A stretch of 63,859 nt of DNA, the filler included, from Chiloscyllium plagiosum (lineage: Eukaryota): the NCBI RefSeq assembly GCF_004010195.1. It is 3 parts of one record of this genome, joined end to end, with 100 filler letters (N's around TTAATTAATTAA, not from the genome) between each part and the next. Parts side by side here need not be neighbours in the genome. Positions count along the whole stretch, not along the records: positions 1 to 28,124 come from NC_057711.1; 2 more parts are not named here. One strand, written 5' to 3'. Within the stretch, counting starts at the first letter, position 1. Every line of letters starts with the position of its first letter. Below the pieces are notes generated by a model. It was not told the DNA's origin, did not search any database, and saw only the letters and a list, made by a program, of their open reading frames with translations. Shown here one piece after another: positions 1 to 12,599 of this stretch. The position numbers and the translations under genes are program-made.

Positions 1-515
1 TTGGAGTACTGTGCGCAGTTCTGGTCGCTTCACTTTAGGAAAGATGTGGAAGCTTTGGAGAGGGTGCAGAGTAGATTTACCAGGATGTTGCCTGGAATGG
101 AGAGGAAGTCGTACGAGGATAGGTTGAGAGTTCTCGGTCTTTTCTCGTTGGAACGGCGAAGGATGATGGGTGACTTGATAGAGGTTTATAAGATGATCAG
201 AGGAATAGATAGAGTAGACAGTCAGAGACATTTTCCTCCGGGTACAACAGAGTGTTACAAGGGGACATAAATTTAAGGTGAAGGGTGGAAGGTATAGGGG
301 AGATGTCAGGGGTGGGTTCTTTACCCAGAGAGTGGTGGGGGCATGGAATGCGCTGCCCGTGGGAGTGGTAGAGTCTGAATCATTGGCGACCTTTAAGCGG
401 CATTTGGATAGGTACATGGATGGGTACTTAATCTAGGTTAGAAGTTCGGCACAACATCGTGGGTCGAAGGGCCTGTTCTGTGCTGTATTGTTCTATGTTC
501 TATGTTCTATGTTCT
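1..515 (+). mobile_element. CR1 LINE 3' end (ORF2 C-terminus, 3'UTR, (TTCTATG)n tail)
   Basis: ORF 1-270 EYCAQFWS..KDVEALERVQSRFTRMLPG..GDLIEVYK is the CR1 ORF2 C-terminal signature; ends in TTCTATG repeats at ~489-515. Confidence 0.95.
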
Positions 516-1810
516 AGAAATGTGGTTGCAAGTTGATCAGGGCTGGGAACTAAATATTCAAGGATACAGATCCTATTAAAGGACAAATAGATGGATATAC
601 AGGGTGAGGTTGTCTTTTTAGTAAGAAATGGGACTAGATTAGGTTAGAATATCTGGTCAGCATGGATGAATTGGACCAATGGGTCTGTTTCTGTGCTGTG
701 TATCTCTATAACTCGAAATTATACAGAGTTGGAAGGTGTAGAATCTATGTAAGTAGCGTTAAGGAACCACAAATGGAACAAACATCATGATGGGAGTTAT
801 GTACAGGCCTCCTAGCAGTAGTCAGGATGTGGGGAAGAAAATAAATCAGGAAATAGAAAAAGCATGTAAGAAAGGCACTATTACAATAATTATGGGGGAC
901 TTCAATATGCAGGTGGACTGGGAAAATCAGGTTGGCTGCGGATCCCAAGAAAAGGAATTTGTGGAATATCTATGAGATGGTTTTTTTGGAGCAGTTTGTG
1001 GTAGAGTCCACTAGGGAACAGGAAATTATGAATTTAATGATGTGTAATGAGGCAGAATTGATTAGGCAGCTTCAGGTGAAGGAATCCCTTGAAGCCAATG
1101 ACTATCTTCTGATTTAATTCACCCTGCAGTTTGAGGGGGAGAAACTGGAATCAGATATAATGTTACTACAAGTGAGTAAAGATAACTGAAAACACATGAA
1201 AGAGGAGCTGGCTAGAGTTGATTGGAAGGGGAGCCTAGCAGGGAAGATGGTGGCGTAGCAATGGTAGAAGTTTCTGGGAGTAACTTGAGAGGCACAGCAG
1301 AAATTCATCCCAAGGAAGAAGAAAAAAGCTGAAGGGAGGATGAGACCATTACACTAGTAGGGGAAGTCAGGGAAGCATAAAAACAAAACAAAAAACATAC
1401 AATGTGGTGAAGATTAGTGGGAAGCCGGAGGATTGGAAAGCCTTTTAAAATCTGCAGAATATACTAAGAAAGCAATAAAGGGGGCAGAAGATGAAATATG
1501 AGGGTAAGCTAGCTAATACTATAAAAGAAGATTGCAAGAGATTTTTTAGATATGTAAAAGGTAAGACAGAGATAAGAGTGGACATTGAACTACTGGAAAA
1601 TGAGACTGGAGAAGTAGTAATGGGGAACAAAGAGATGGCAGAGGAACAGAATGAGTACTATGCATCAGTCTTCACAGTGGAAGACAGCAGCAGCATACCA
1701 GAACTTCGAGAGAGTCAGGGCGCAGAGGTGAGTGTACTGGCCATCAGTAAGGAGAAGGTGCTGGAGAACTGAAAGGTCTAAAAGGGGATACAGATGCACT
1801 ACACCCTAGA
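516..1810 (+). mobile_element. Decayed CR1 ORF2 AP-endonuclease/linker region, interrupted by a short CR1 3' tail (~640-712)
   Basis: GVMYRPPS, IIMGDFN and KRFFRYVKGK motifs with stops and frameshifts. Confidence 0.9.
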
Positions 1811-2149
1811 GGAGGTGATAGAAGCAGATACAACAGCAGCAGTTTAGAGGCATCTTGAGAGATGCACAAATAGGCAGGGAATAGATGGATATGAACCATG
1901 TAGAGGCAAGGGGTTTTTAGTTTAGAAAGGCATCATGTATGGGCACAATCTTGGTGGACCAAAGTGCTTGTTCCTGTGCTATATTGTTCTTTGTTAGATT
2001 TCTGGTTACCGGTAGCACACAGGGTTACGGGGATGGAGTGAGTGAGTAAAAGTGTTCAATCAGTCATGGTTGTATTACATGGTGGAGTAGGCAAAACAGG
2101 CTGAATGACCTACTTCTGTTTCTATTTTTCTATATTCCTTTGCTAATTA

Positions 2150-3340
2150 CATTAGAACATAATAAATAGAAGCAGAGTAGGCCATTCTGTTGCTCAAACC
2201 TGCCCAGCCACTCAAGAAGATTGTGGCTGTTCTGTGCCAGGCCTGAACTCCATGCCAGTCCCTCATAACCCTCAACTCCTCGATATTTCTAAAATCTATC
2301 CATCATCTCTTTAAATGCTTCCAGCAAATGAGCCTTCAAAACTCTGTAGGTAGAGCTGAGAGAGAAGAAAAAATGCTTCTCAGTTTGAAACAAATACTCT
2401 ATTATTCTGTAACTAGGTCCCCTAGTTCAGGACTCCCCACTGGTGGAAACATCTTTTCAACATCTACCCTGCCAAGTTTCCTCAGAATAGTGTATGTTTC
2501 ACTCAAATAAATCCTCATTCTTCTGGATTTCAGTAAATAAAGATCTAATCTGTTCAATCATTCTTGATAAATTAAACCCTTCATCCCACGATTCAGCCTA
2601 ATCAGTCTCTTTTCAATTGTTTCCGTTGACAATCTATCATTTCTTAAATACAGGGACCAAAACCATCAACACCCTGTACAATTGAAACAAGACTTCTTGA
2701 TTTTTAAACTCTAACCCCCTAGCAACAAAGGCAAAACTTACATGTCCTTTCTTAATTACCTGCTGTACCAATCTGGTAACACTTTGTGTTTCATGCACAA
2801 GAACACCCAGCTTCTTTGGTGCAACACATTTTGCAGTTTCTCTCCATTTAATTAAGTGTCCACCTTTTGATTCTTCCAAACACAAAGTATATGACTTCAC
2901 ACTTTCCTACACTCAACACCACTTGCCATGCTTTTGCCCATTCACTCAACTATCTATATATTCTTGCAGATTCATTACATCCCATCACAACATGCCTCCC
3001 ACCTATCATCAGCAAATCTGGATGCATTATCCTTTGACCCCCAAGTCATTAATGCAACCTGAAAAAGACTTTTTAGTTCTGACTCTCTGTCTTCTGTATG
3101 TCAGCCAATCCTCAGTCTTTATTGATACATTATCCCCAATACTATGAGCTCTTATCTTATCCAATAGCCTTCTTTATGGCTCCTTATTCAATGCTTTCTG
3201 GAAATCCAAATACACATTTACCAATTCCCCTTTATCAACTCTGCTTGTTATATCTTAAAGAACATTAGCAAATTTGTCAAACCTGATTTCCCTTTTACAA
3301 AACCACATTGACTCTGGTTGTGTTAAGCTTTTCTAAATGT
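2150..3340 (-). mobile_element. Decayed CR1 LINE (RT to 3'UTR)
   Basis: Minus ORF 2637-2900 resembles CR1 (LGVLVH..QQVIKK..LYRVL); RT-like remnants near 3180-3320. Confidence 0.8.
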
Positions 3341-3442
3341 CCTCTCAACACTCTCCTACCTTGTCTAAACTTCCCTAAAGCCTCCTTGCATCCTCCTCAC
3401 CAATCTCACATAATTTTGTGTATTCAGCAAACTTAGAATACT

Positions 3443-3643
3443 GTGTTAAAAATCACACAACACGAGGTTATAGTCCAACAAGTTTATTTGGAGGCACTAG
3501 CATTCAGAGTGCTGCTCCTTCAACAGGTGGTTGTCAGTGCTCCAAAAGCCAATGCCTCCAAATAAGCCTGTTGGACTCTAATCTGGTGTTGTGTGATTTT
3601 TAAACTTTGTCCACCTTAGTCCAACACCAGCACCTCCAAATCA
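3443..3643 (+). mobile_element. Short fold-back PLE pLTR derivative (family A) inserted in a minus-strand CR1
   Basis: Inverted arms TTAAAAATCACACAACAC..GGTTATAGTCCAACA / TGTTGGACT..GGTGTTGTGTGATTTTTAA, one-sided ~40-nt tail, flanking TTAGAATACT / TTAGAAATACT. Confidence 0.85.
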
Positions 3644-4440
3644 TTAGAAATACTACATGTGATTCCTTTATCCAAATTGTTGATGTATATTGTGAATAAC
3701 TGGGTCCAAGCACAAATCTTTGTGGTATCCACTTGTCACTGTCTGTGGCTCCAAACATGATCCAGTTGTTCCTGCTGTTTTCCTGTTTGCTATCCAATTC
3801 CCACTTCATGGCAGTATATCCCACCAATCCCTTGTGCTTTGATTTTGCACAATAACCTCTTATGTGGGACTTCATCAAAATCTCCCTGAAAACCCAAATA
3901 CACTTTTCCACTGACTTCCCTAATTTATTTCACTAGTTATAACCTCACAAAACTCTGAAGTGAGAAAAGCTGCTGCATCCATGAACTCCGAACTGCACTG
4001 TTGGCATATAACACGTCGGAACTGGGTTGAGATGGCTCAAACCCATTTCTGATGATGCCATAGTTGGATATTACCAGGTTTTGGAAGAATGGGAAATTGT
4101 GAGCGAGTGAGGAAAAGAATATCATAAATTGGGGAATCATGGAATGAATCTCAGTTTCAATCCAATGGGGTTCAGGAAAATCATCGTGGTTGATTTACTT
4201 GGAGCACATAGAAATTCCACACACAACTTGTGATATTGCCTCATAAGTTACACACACCATGACATCCACAATCTAGACATGTGGACAAGGTATGAAAACA
4301 TGGCATAATGAAAGATTACTGCCAAGTTGCTAAACACATGATCAGATATTTACTTTGGTTGGCTATACTGCAAGCTGAACACATGGACTACTACCAATGT
4401 AGGGCTTCAATAAGAAATATCAACAATGAAAACATTTTAC

Positions 4441-4800
4441 TTTTTTTATTATTCATCGATGGGATGTAAGCATCACTGGTTAAGCCAGCATTTATTGCTC
4501 ATCCCTAATTGTCCAGTAGGCAGCTAAGAGTCAACCACATTGCTGTGTGTCTGGAGCCACTTGTTGGTCAGACCAAGTAAGGATGGCAGATTTCCTTCCC
4601 TAAAGGACATCAGTGAACCAGATGGGTTTTTCTTGACAACTGATAATAATTTCATGGTCATAATTAGACTCTTAATTCCAGTGTATCATTGAATTTACAT
4701 TCCACCATCTACCATGGCAGCCTTTGAACCCAGGTCCCCAGAACATTACCTGGGTCTTTGGATTAATAGATTCACGATAATACCACTAGCCCATCACCTA
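4441..4800 (-). mobile_element. tRNA-derived SINE (family B here)
   Basis: Reverse complement of the copies at ~23975, 25458, 31935 and 42780; B-box-like GGGTTCAAA and A-rich tail. Confidence 0.8.
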
Positions 4801-4904
4801 CTTTTAAACCTGAAGACCCTCTCAGTTGCATCTGACTGTACAACTCTTGGTATTTGACATTAAGATGATGTGTAATAATCTTGAGTATTAACCTGTATCC
4901 TGGT

Positions 4905-5455
4905 TCAATAGAGAGTGCAGGAGAGCATCCCGGGAACAGCATCGGGAATACCTAATAATGAGGTGTTAACTTTTTGAAGCTACCAAAGAGGACTACTTGT
5001 ATGCTAAATAGCAAAAACAGCACGTGATAGACAGAGCTAAGTGAACCCACAACGAACAGATCAAAAACAGCAAGTGATAGACAGAGCTATGTGATCCCAC
5101 AACGAACAGATTAGATCTAAGCTATGCAATGCTGCCACATCCAGTCATGAATGGTGGTGGACGACTCATTGGAGGATCCAGCTCCACAAATATCCCCATC
5201 CTCAATGATGGAAGAGCTCAGCACATCAGTGCAAAAGAGAAGACTGAAGCCTTCGCAACAGTCTTCAGCCAGAAGTGCCAAGTGGATGATACCTCTCAGC
5301 CTCCTCCAGTGGTCCCCAGCATCACAGATGCCAGTCTTCAGCAAATTCAATTCAATCCACATTTATATGAAAAAATGGTTGGAGGCACTAGATACTGAAA
5401 CTGCTACAGGCCCTGACAACATTCTGACATAGTACTGAAGACTTGTTCTTCAGCA
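4905..5455 (+). mobile_element. Internal fragment of a second CR1-like LINE family, with a 50-bp tandem duplication (5013-5111)
   Basis: Peptides AKEKTEAFATVFSQKCQV and LDTETATGPDNI (pre-RT GPD motif). Confidence 0.8.
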
Positions 5456-5589
5456 TGCAGAAGAATATTTTCGAGTTTAGAACATATTTGGAAGATAAAG
5501 GACATGATTCAGCATCACCATTTGATCTGCTCAGGTCTTTATAACCTCCAGTCTCATCCCCAAACAACTACTTTTAGTTGCTGTTTATT

Positions 5590-7204
5590 AAGTTAAAAAT
5601 CGCACAAAACCAGGTTATAGTCCAACAAGTTTATTTGAAAGCACTAGCTTTCAAGGTGCTGCTTGTAGTTCATCAGGTAGTTGTGAAGCAGGATCATAAG
5701 ACACAGAATTTATAGCAAAAATTACAGTATCATGCAGCTGAAATGATATATTGAACAAAACTAGATTAAGTCTTTCATCTTTTAGAATGGGTTTGTTAGT
5801 TTTGGTTCTTTAATATGTAAATCCCAGAACTTCATTTAAGTCACATTCTCAAGATAGCTTAAGGTTTTACAACAGAAGGTGCCACCTCAGCTCAGATAAT
5901 GTATTAAAGGTGTGAGATTAAAGTCTGTCTGTATCCCAATCTTGAGTCAGACTTGTTCTATTCCTAAAGTGGAATTTACATGATATTACGTGAATTGACT
6001 GCCTGTAGGTTATGTATGGTAACACCACACAAACCTGTCACAGCAACCACAGCAAGGCATGACAGAGTGTCGACATGGATGCTGCCATTACACATGGGGA
6101 CACCACTCACCATATACGCGACAGGTACTCATGTGACTCGGCCAACGTTGTCTATTTCATATGCTGCAGGCAAGGATGCCCCAAGGCATGGTACATTGGC
6201 GAGACAAAGCAGAAGCTAGGACAATGGATGAATGGACACCGCACAACACCACGTAGAGGTGTTTCCTCCCAGTTGAGGAACACTTCAGCAGTCCAGGACA
6301 TTCAGCCTCAGACCTTCAGGTGACCATCCTCCAAGGTGGACTTTGGCACAGGCAGCAATGCAAAGTGACTGAGCAGAGGCTGACAGCAAAGTTTGGTCCC
6401 CATGGGGATGGCCTCAACAGGGACCTTGGGTTCATGTCACACTGCAGGTGACCCCACTGCACTATAAACTTTCTCTCACACACAAATTCTTACATACTCA
6501 CACACTCAAGCAGACCGTCTCTCATACACATGCTGTCTCTCATACGCACACATTTACACCCCTCACATTCACACCCACTCACATACCTTCTCACAGGCTT
6601 ATATCCCATCACACCCACACATGCAAGCACACACTCTCTCGCATGCACTCACACTCATTCTGTCTCTCTCTCCTACACACAGAGACACACACAAGTCTAT
6701 GGGGTGAATTTATATTTGCAGAATTATATATGCATATACATCATATTTTGCTCAGAAAATAGATAACCTACAGGCAGTTAATCCATGTAAAATCATGTAA
6801 ATTCCACTTTAAAAATAGAACCAGTCTGACTCAAGATTGGGATACAGACAGACTTTAACTTTTAATGCATTGTGAGCTGAGATGGCACCTTTTGTTATAA
6901 AACTTTAAGCTATCTTGAGAATGTGACTTAAAAGAAGTTGTGGGATTTACATAAAGAACCGATGCGAGCAAACCCATTCTAAAAGATGAAAGACTTTATT
7001 TAGTTTTGTTCAATATATCATTTCAGCTGTATGACACTGTAATCTTTTGCTATAAATTCTGGGTCTTATGATCCTGCTTCACAACCAACTGTTGAAGCAG
7101 CACTTCGAAAGTTAGTGCCTCCAAATAAACTTGTTGGACTATAACCTGGTGTTATGTGATTTTTAATTTGTCCACCCCAGTGTAAAACCAGCTTCTCTAA
7201 ATCA
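5590..7204 (+). mobile_element. Penelope-like element (family A): 5'-truncated GIY-YIG end between ~420-bp inverted pLTR arms
   Basis: YSCDSANVVYFICCRQGCPKAWYIGETKQKL (6075-6323) is a PLE GIY-YIG endonuclease; ~5592-6012 is the reverse complement of ~6765-7166; TSD TTGCTGTTTATT (5578-5589) / TTGCTTTTTATT (7205-7216). Confidence 0.92.
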
Positions 7205-8083
7205 TTGCTTTTTATTGGCACTGCAACCACCTGGAAGACTATGATCTGTCATAGTCTTCATGACCTTACTGTAATACTGAACCAGATATAAAATACGTGG
7301 GATGGGGATATCAGAAAGCAATTCACACCATCTGAGAGACTCCAAGACTTTGCAACACACAAACTGCCCTAGACTTGTGTTGCATACTCCACTAAAGCTT
7401 CTCACACCTTTTTTGATGGCAACTGAACACCATACCATTTTATCTTGAGAAAACTCAGGGGGCTAGTTGGAGAACAGCATCTGCAACTGATCTTAATGAG
7501 ATCTCTCCAATGAGTCCCACTGGCCTGCACTTTTCCTAAAGGCCTGAAAATTGTTCAATTACTTATTCTTTTCTGACTGAACCATTGCCATCACTCTTTC
7601 TGGAGTTTATTCCAGATCAAAACAATGCACAGCATTAAAAAAGACATCCAATTACATTCTAGCTCTTCCCCCCATTCTCTTTAATATGTTTCTTGTGGTT
7701 ACCAAACTGGAAAGTTGCCTCTCCTTCTTAAAAACCATGACAGGTTTTAAATGTCTAGTGAATCTTCCCTCAAATGATTCTGTTCTCAGGAGAACAACCC
7801 TAATCTCCATATGTTTCAGTTATTTCAACATCAAAGCAAAAAAAGGAAGAGCCATTGAGCAATGGACGAGGGAAGATTGAAGGAAACCAGAGAAGATACA
7901 AGATGAAGCCAATGGCCTCAAAAAGCTAAGATCACAACAAACACATGAATGTCGTTTCCAACAGCTCCCTCTTCAACAATCCCATTTTACTTGATTAAGA
8001 ATAACATTTTATACCATTTTTTCATTCAAACCTTACTAGCTCTTAATTGTATACCTGTGAAAAATGGCACATATTGAACTTAC

Positions 8084-8153
8084 CATCTGAGGAGTAGACA
8101 GTGTTACTGACAGCCACAGTCAGGAAGAACCAAGTGGCCCAGATCGCAGCCAT
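8084..8153 (-). CDS. Putative first coding exon (exon 8171-8084) of a secreted or type-I membrane protein; signal peptide MAAIWATWFFLTVAVSNTVYSSD
   Basis: Acceptor ttttttcttacag, ATG in Kozak context (GTAATGG) with an in-frame upstream TGA, hydrophobic core, phase-1 donor G|GTAAGT; lies in non-repeat DNA. Confidence 0.6.
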
Positions 8154-8439
8154 TACTCAATCCAGAATTACCTGTAAGAAAAAATATTGAATTACTAAGG
8201 TGAAGGTCACATCTTCTTTCTTTTGTCCAACCTGATTGATCTTTATTCTGTTGTTCCAGAGAGCACCAGCATAATTCCAGCAACATTCCTACATTTCTAG
8301 GCATCAAATAGGTTTTCACCAGAAACACAACCATTGCCAATATCCATAAACTCAAGCATGGAGACAATAAGAACTTCTGCACCTCATCAAGCCTAGATCA
8401 ACTACAACAGCACAGAGTACCAATCAAGTTCGGCAAGAT

Positions 8440-9070
8440 TCCCCTTGGGAGACTGTTTAGCAAGGTTAGATCTCATGGAATACAGGGAGAACTCACTATT
8501 TGGATACAGAACTGGCTCAAAGGTAGAAGGTGGAGGGTTGTGGAGGCCTGTGACCAGTGGAATGCCACAAGGATCAGTGCTAGGTCCACCAATTTTCATA
8601 ATTTTTATAAATGATTTGGATGCGAGCATAAGAGGTACAGTTAGTAAGTTTGCTGATGACACCAAAATTGGATGTGTAGTGTACAGCGAAGAAGGTTACC
8701 TCAGATTACAACGGGATCTTGACCAGATGGGCCAATGGGCTGAGAAGTGGCAGATGGAGTTTAATTCAGATAAATGAGAGATGTTGCATTTTGGGAAAGC
8801 AAATCCAAGCAGGACTTATACACTTAATGGCAACGTTTTCACTCAGATGTTGGTGCATGTATGGAATGAGCTGCCAGAGGAAGTGGTGGAAAGTAGTACA
8901 ATTGCAACATTTAAAAGGCATCTGGATGGGTATATGAATGAAAGGGTTTGGAGGGATATTGGCCAGGTGCTGGCAGGTGGGACTAGATTGGGTTGGGATA
9001 TCTGGTCAGCATGGACGGGTTGTCCGAAAAGTCTGTTTCCGTGCTGTACATCTCTATGCCTCTATAACTC
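8440..9070 (+). mobile_element. CR1 LINE RT to 3' end, internally deleted
   Basis: SGMPQGSVLGP, FINDLD, SKFADDTK, WQMEFN motifs and CR1 3'UTR. Confidence 0.93.
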
Positions 9071-9122
9071 TAAATAAGGAACCCAAGTAACTTTCCCATT
9101 TATACTCCAAGGATAGATGTAG

Positions 9123-10481
9123 AACAGTTAGATACAGAGTAAAGCTCCTTTGACACTGTCCACATCAAACACTCCCAGGACAGGGACATCACAGGGTTAG
9201 AGCATAGAACATGACAGCACAGTACAGGCCCTTCGGCTCTCGATGTTGCATCAATCTGTGGAACCAATCTGAAGCCCATCTAACCTACACTATTCCATTC
9301 TCATCCATAAATGAACTCCAGGATGAAATTTTCCCGTCAACCACCACCCTGCTTTGTTTCAGCTCGCCAATTTCTGATCCAAACCGCTAAATCACCCTCA
9401 ATCCCATGCCACTGTATCTTGTGCAATAGCCTACCATGGGGAACCTTATCAAACGCCTTACTGAAATCCATATACACCACATCAACTGCTTTACCCTCAT
9501 CCACCTGTCTGGTCACCTTCTCAAAGAACTCAATAAGCTTTGTGAGGCGCAACCTACCCTTCACACAACCGTATTGACTATCCCAAAGCAACTTATTCCT
9601 CTCTAGATGATTATAAACCCTATCTCTTATACCCATTTCCAACACTTTACCCACAACTGAAGTATGGCTCATATGTCTATAATTTCCAGGATTGTCTCCA
9701 CTGCCCTTCTTGAACAAGGGAATAACATTTGCAATTCACCAATTGTCTGGCACTATTCCTGCAGACAATGACAACATAAATATCAAAGCCAAAAGCTCTG
9801 CAATCTCCTCCCTGGTTTCCCAGAGAATCCGATGATAAATCCCATCCAGCCCAGGGGACTTACCTATTTTTACACTTTCCAGAATTGCTAACACCCCCTC
9901 CTTATGCACCTCAATCCTGTCTAGTCGCCTGTATTTCAGTATTCTCCTTGACAACATGGTCTTTCTCTAGTGTGAATACTGACGAAAACTATTTGTTTGG
10001 CACTTTCCCATCTCCTCCGACTCCATGCACAACTTCCCACTACTATGTTTGATTGGACCTAATCTTACTTTAGTCATTCTTTTATTCCTGGTATAGCAAT
10101 AGGAAACCTTAGGGTTTTCCTTTATCTTGTCCGCCAATGACTTCTCATGTCTCCCCTGTATATGTCCTGCATATATATTGTTTTTTTCCCACACTACTGC
10201 TAAACAGTGATAGTGCTCATTTTCCTCCGGCACCCATGTCATGTGCAGGTGTCGGACACAGTGAAAAGAAGTGCAGAAAACTTTATTCATATTGCACTAC
10301 CAGGTTAGATACAGAGTAAAGCTCCATTTACACTGTTCCCACCAAAAACTCCCAGGACGGAGCATGGGGTTAGATACAAAGTAAAGCTCCCTCTACTGTT
10401 TTTAAACTGCAAGTAAAGCTCCCTCCACACTGTCCCCATCAATCAATCTCAGGACAGGGTCAGCACGGGGTTAGATACAGA
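9123..10481. repeat. ~66-bp tandem repeat (GGGTTAGATACAGAGTAAAGCTCCCTCTACACTGTCCCCATCAAACACTCCCAGGACAGG...) split by an insertion at ~9201-10302
   Basis: Units at 9123-9200 and 10303-10481. Confidence 0.85.
9201..10160 (-). mobile_element. CR1 LINE (linker-RT fused to 3' tail)
   Basis: FKKGSGDNPGNYR, VDVVYMDFSKAFDKVPH, KSPGLDGIY. Confidence 0.93.
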
Positions 10482-11071
10482 CCAAGACTATCTTAGTCAG
10501 TTTAATCCCCGGGATAGTGTGATTGTCCTCTAATGATCGAAGAATGTGAGGTGATCTGATTAAAACATTAATAACTATTTCAATGTGTAACAGGGTGGAT
10601 GTAAATAGAATATCTCCCTGGTGCTGACTCTAGAACTGCAGGGCATCACCTCAGAATAAGGGGCAAGTCATTTTGGACTGACCTGAGGAGGAATTTCTTC
10701 ACTCAGACGGTAGTGAACTCTTGGAAATCTCTGTCCCCATAAAGCTGAGGAGCTGAATCATTGAGCAGATACAAGACAGGCTTCTCGGTATCAAAGGACA
10801 TGGAGGGGGTACAGTGAGGGAAAATGGTGTTGATATAGATGATCAGCCATGATCCATTTATATAATGGAACAGGTTTGATGGTCTGCATGACCTCCCCCT
10901 CTTCCAATGATCTATCCCCTATCAGACTGCTCCCTCATGTACTGGATTCCACAGTCAGCCACCAACCTCGTCAAGATGCTTCAGAATCCTATACATTTCA
11001 AAGAAACTTTCTTTTTCTAAACTTCAAAGATTAGACTATTGATTCAATTTACTCAGAGGCTCATCAAAGAA

Positions 11072-11736
11072 AAACCAGGAGGCACTTAGGCACTGCCCTT
11101 TGAGAAGGGCACTGCTTGTCACTGGCCACTCAGGTGTTTCCTTTCTTGCTGGTGGTGGAATATAAATAAAGTTTTCTGCCCTCACTTATTTCACTGTGTC
11201 CTACACCTGCACACACGACGACATGGGTGCTGGAGGAAAATAAGCACGACTGCTGTTTGGCAGTAGTGTGGGAAAAAAATAAAAATATATAAGCAGGACA
11301 TATACACATGTGGGTGCTGTGAGAAAATGAGCACCACTGCTGTTTGACAGTCGTGTGGTGATATGAAAAAAATGAAAAAATATATATATAAATGGGGATT
11401 TAGAATTTCCTCAAAAAAATATAACCAGGAGTCACTTAGGCATTGCCCTTTGATGAGAACGGCACTTGTCACTGGCTGCTCAGGTGTTTCTTTTCTTCCT
11501 GGTGGTGGAAGATCAATAAAGTTTCCTGTAATCGTTCTTCACTGTGTCCCACCCCTGCGCATGGGCGCTGGGGAAAAATAAGCACTACTGCTGTTTGGCG
11601 GTAGTGTGGGGGTTTAAAAAACATATGTATAACCAGGAGATGAGAATCTTTCAGTCCAGGCCACTGACTCTGAGCTGGCACAAGTAAATAAAGGGTGACT
11701 TAGTGATGGGATACCAGCCTCTGTGCAGTTATTTCA
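11072..11736 (+). repeat. Unclassified tandemly repeated structured element (~230-bp unit) ending in an LTR-like 3' terminus
   Basis: Units at 11072-11306, partial 11307-11390 and 11422-11620; inverted partial copy at 10160-10302; AATAAA followed by ...TTATTTCA at the end. Confidence 0.7.
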
Positions 11737-12338
11737 GCAGCAATGCTCTCATGCCATGAGTGAATAAAGAAAAAAAATCGAGAGAACCTTCAAATGAATG
11801 TTTGTCCTTTCTTAACTGTTGGACAAGCTGCATACAGTATTCCATATGTGGTCTCACTAAAGCCTGAACAAGCTACGATTCCAGTCTTTTTGTAATGAAG
11901 GCCAACGTGGCATATGCCTTCTGAATTGTTTGCTGTACCTTCATGCTAACTTTCCATATTCCTTGTCGAGTACATGTACACGAAACAATGTACTCTCTGA
12001 ATATCAACATTTACAAGTTTCAGGTCTTTTGAAAATGTTTTGTATTCTATTCTTACAAAGAAAGCAAACATTATACTTCAATTTGTTGACCACTCACTAA
12101 ATCTGTCTTTTTGCAGCATTTCTCCGTCCTTCTCACTGATAAAGGTGAGCGACATCAAATATTAACTGTTTCTGTCCAACAGATGTTGCTTGTCTGAAAT
12201 GATAATTTACAGCATTTCTTTGTTTCATTTCATACAATATTAATTTGTCTTGAGTAATTTTTAGGTAAGTTTTATTTTCTTTCCTTTCTCCTCCCTCATC
12301 TTCAAATAATCCAAAAGGCCATCCAATCTGAACCAAGA

Positions 12339-12476
12339 ATTGGCCATGCTAAATTGCCCATAGTCTTAGGTGCATTAGTCAGAGGGAAATGGGTCTGGGT
12401 TGGTTACTCTTTGGAGGGTCGGTGTGGACTTGTTGGGCCGAAGGGCTTGTTTCCACACTGTAGGGATTCTAATCTA
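12339..12476 (+). mobile_element. 5'-truncated HE1-type SINE
   Basis: GGCCATGCTAAATTGCCCATAG..GGTGTGGACTTGTTGGGCCGAAGGG..TCTAATCT, matching the 48154 copy. Confidence 0.85.
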
Positions 12477-12599
12477 AAAAACAGATGGCCTCATGATTCA
12501 CTACCCCAACAATCCAGTTGCTGAGTTCAGTTCCCACTCTGGGACCTGCTATTGTAATCAGGAATTTAGAATATGTTTAGCTAACAAGAAACATTTTAT

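Noticed and set aside
5590..7204. Class II DNA transposon with long TIRs
   Set aside because: The internal peptide is a PLE GIY-YIG, the arms carry hammerhead motifs, and the ends are asymmetric with a one-sided tail.
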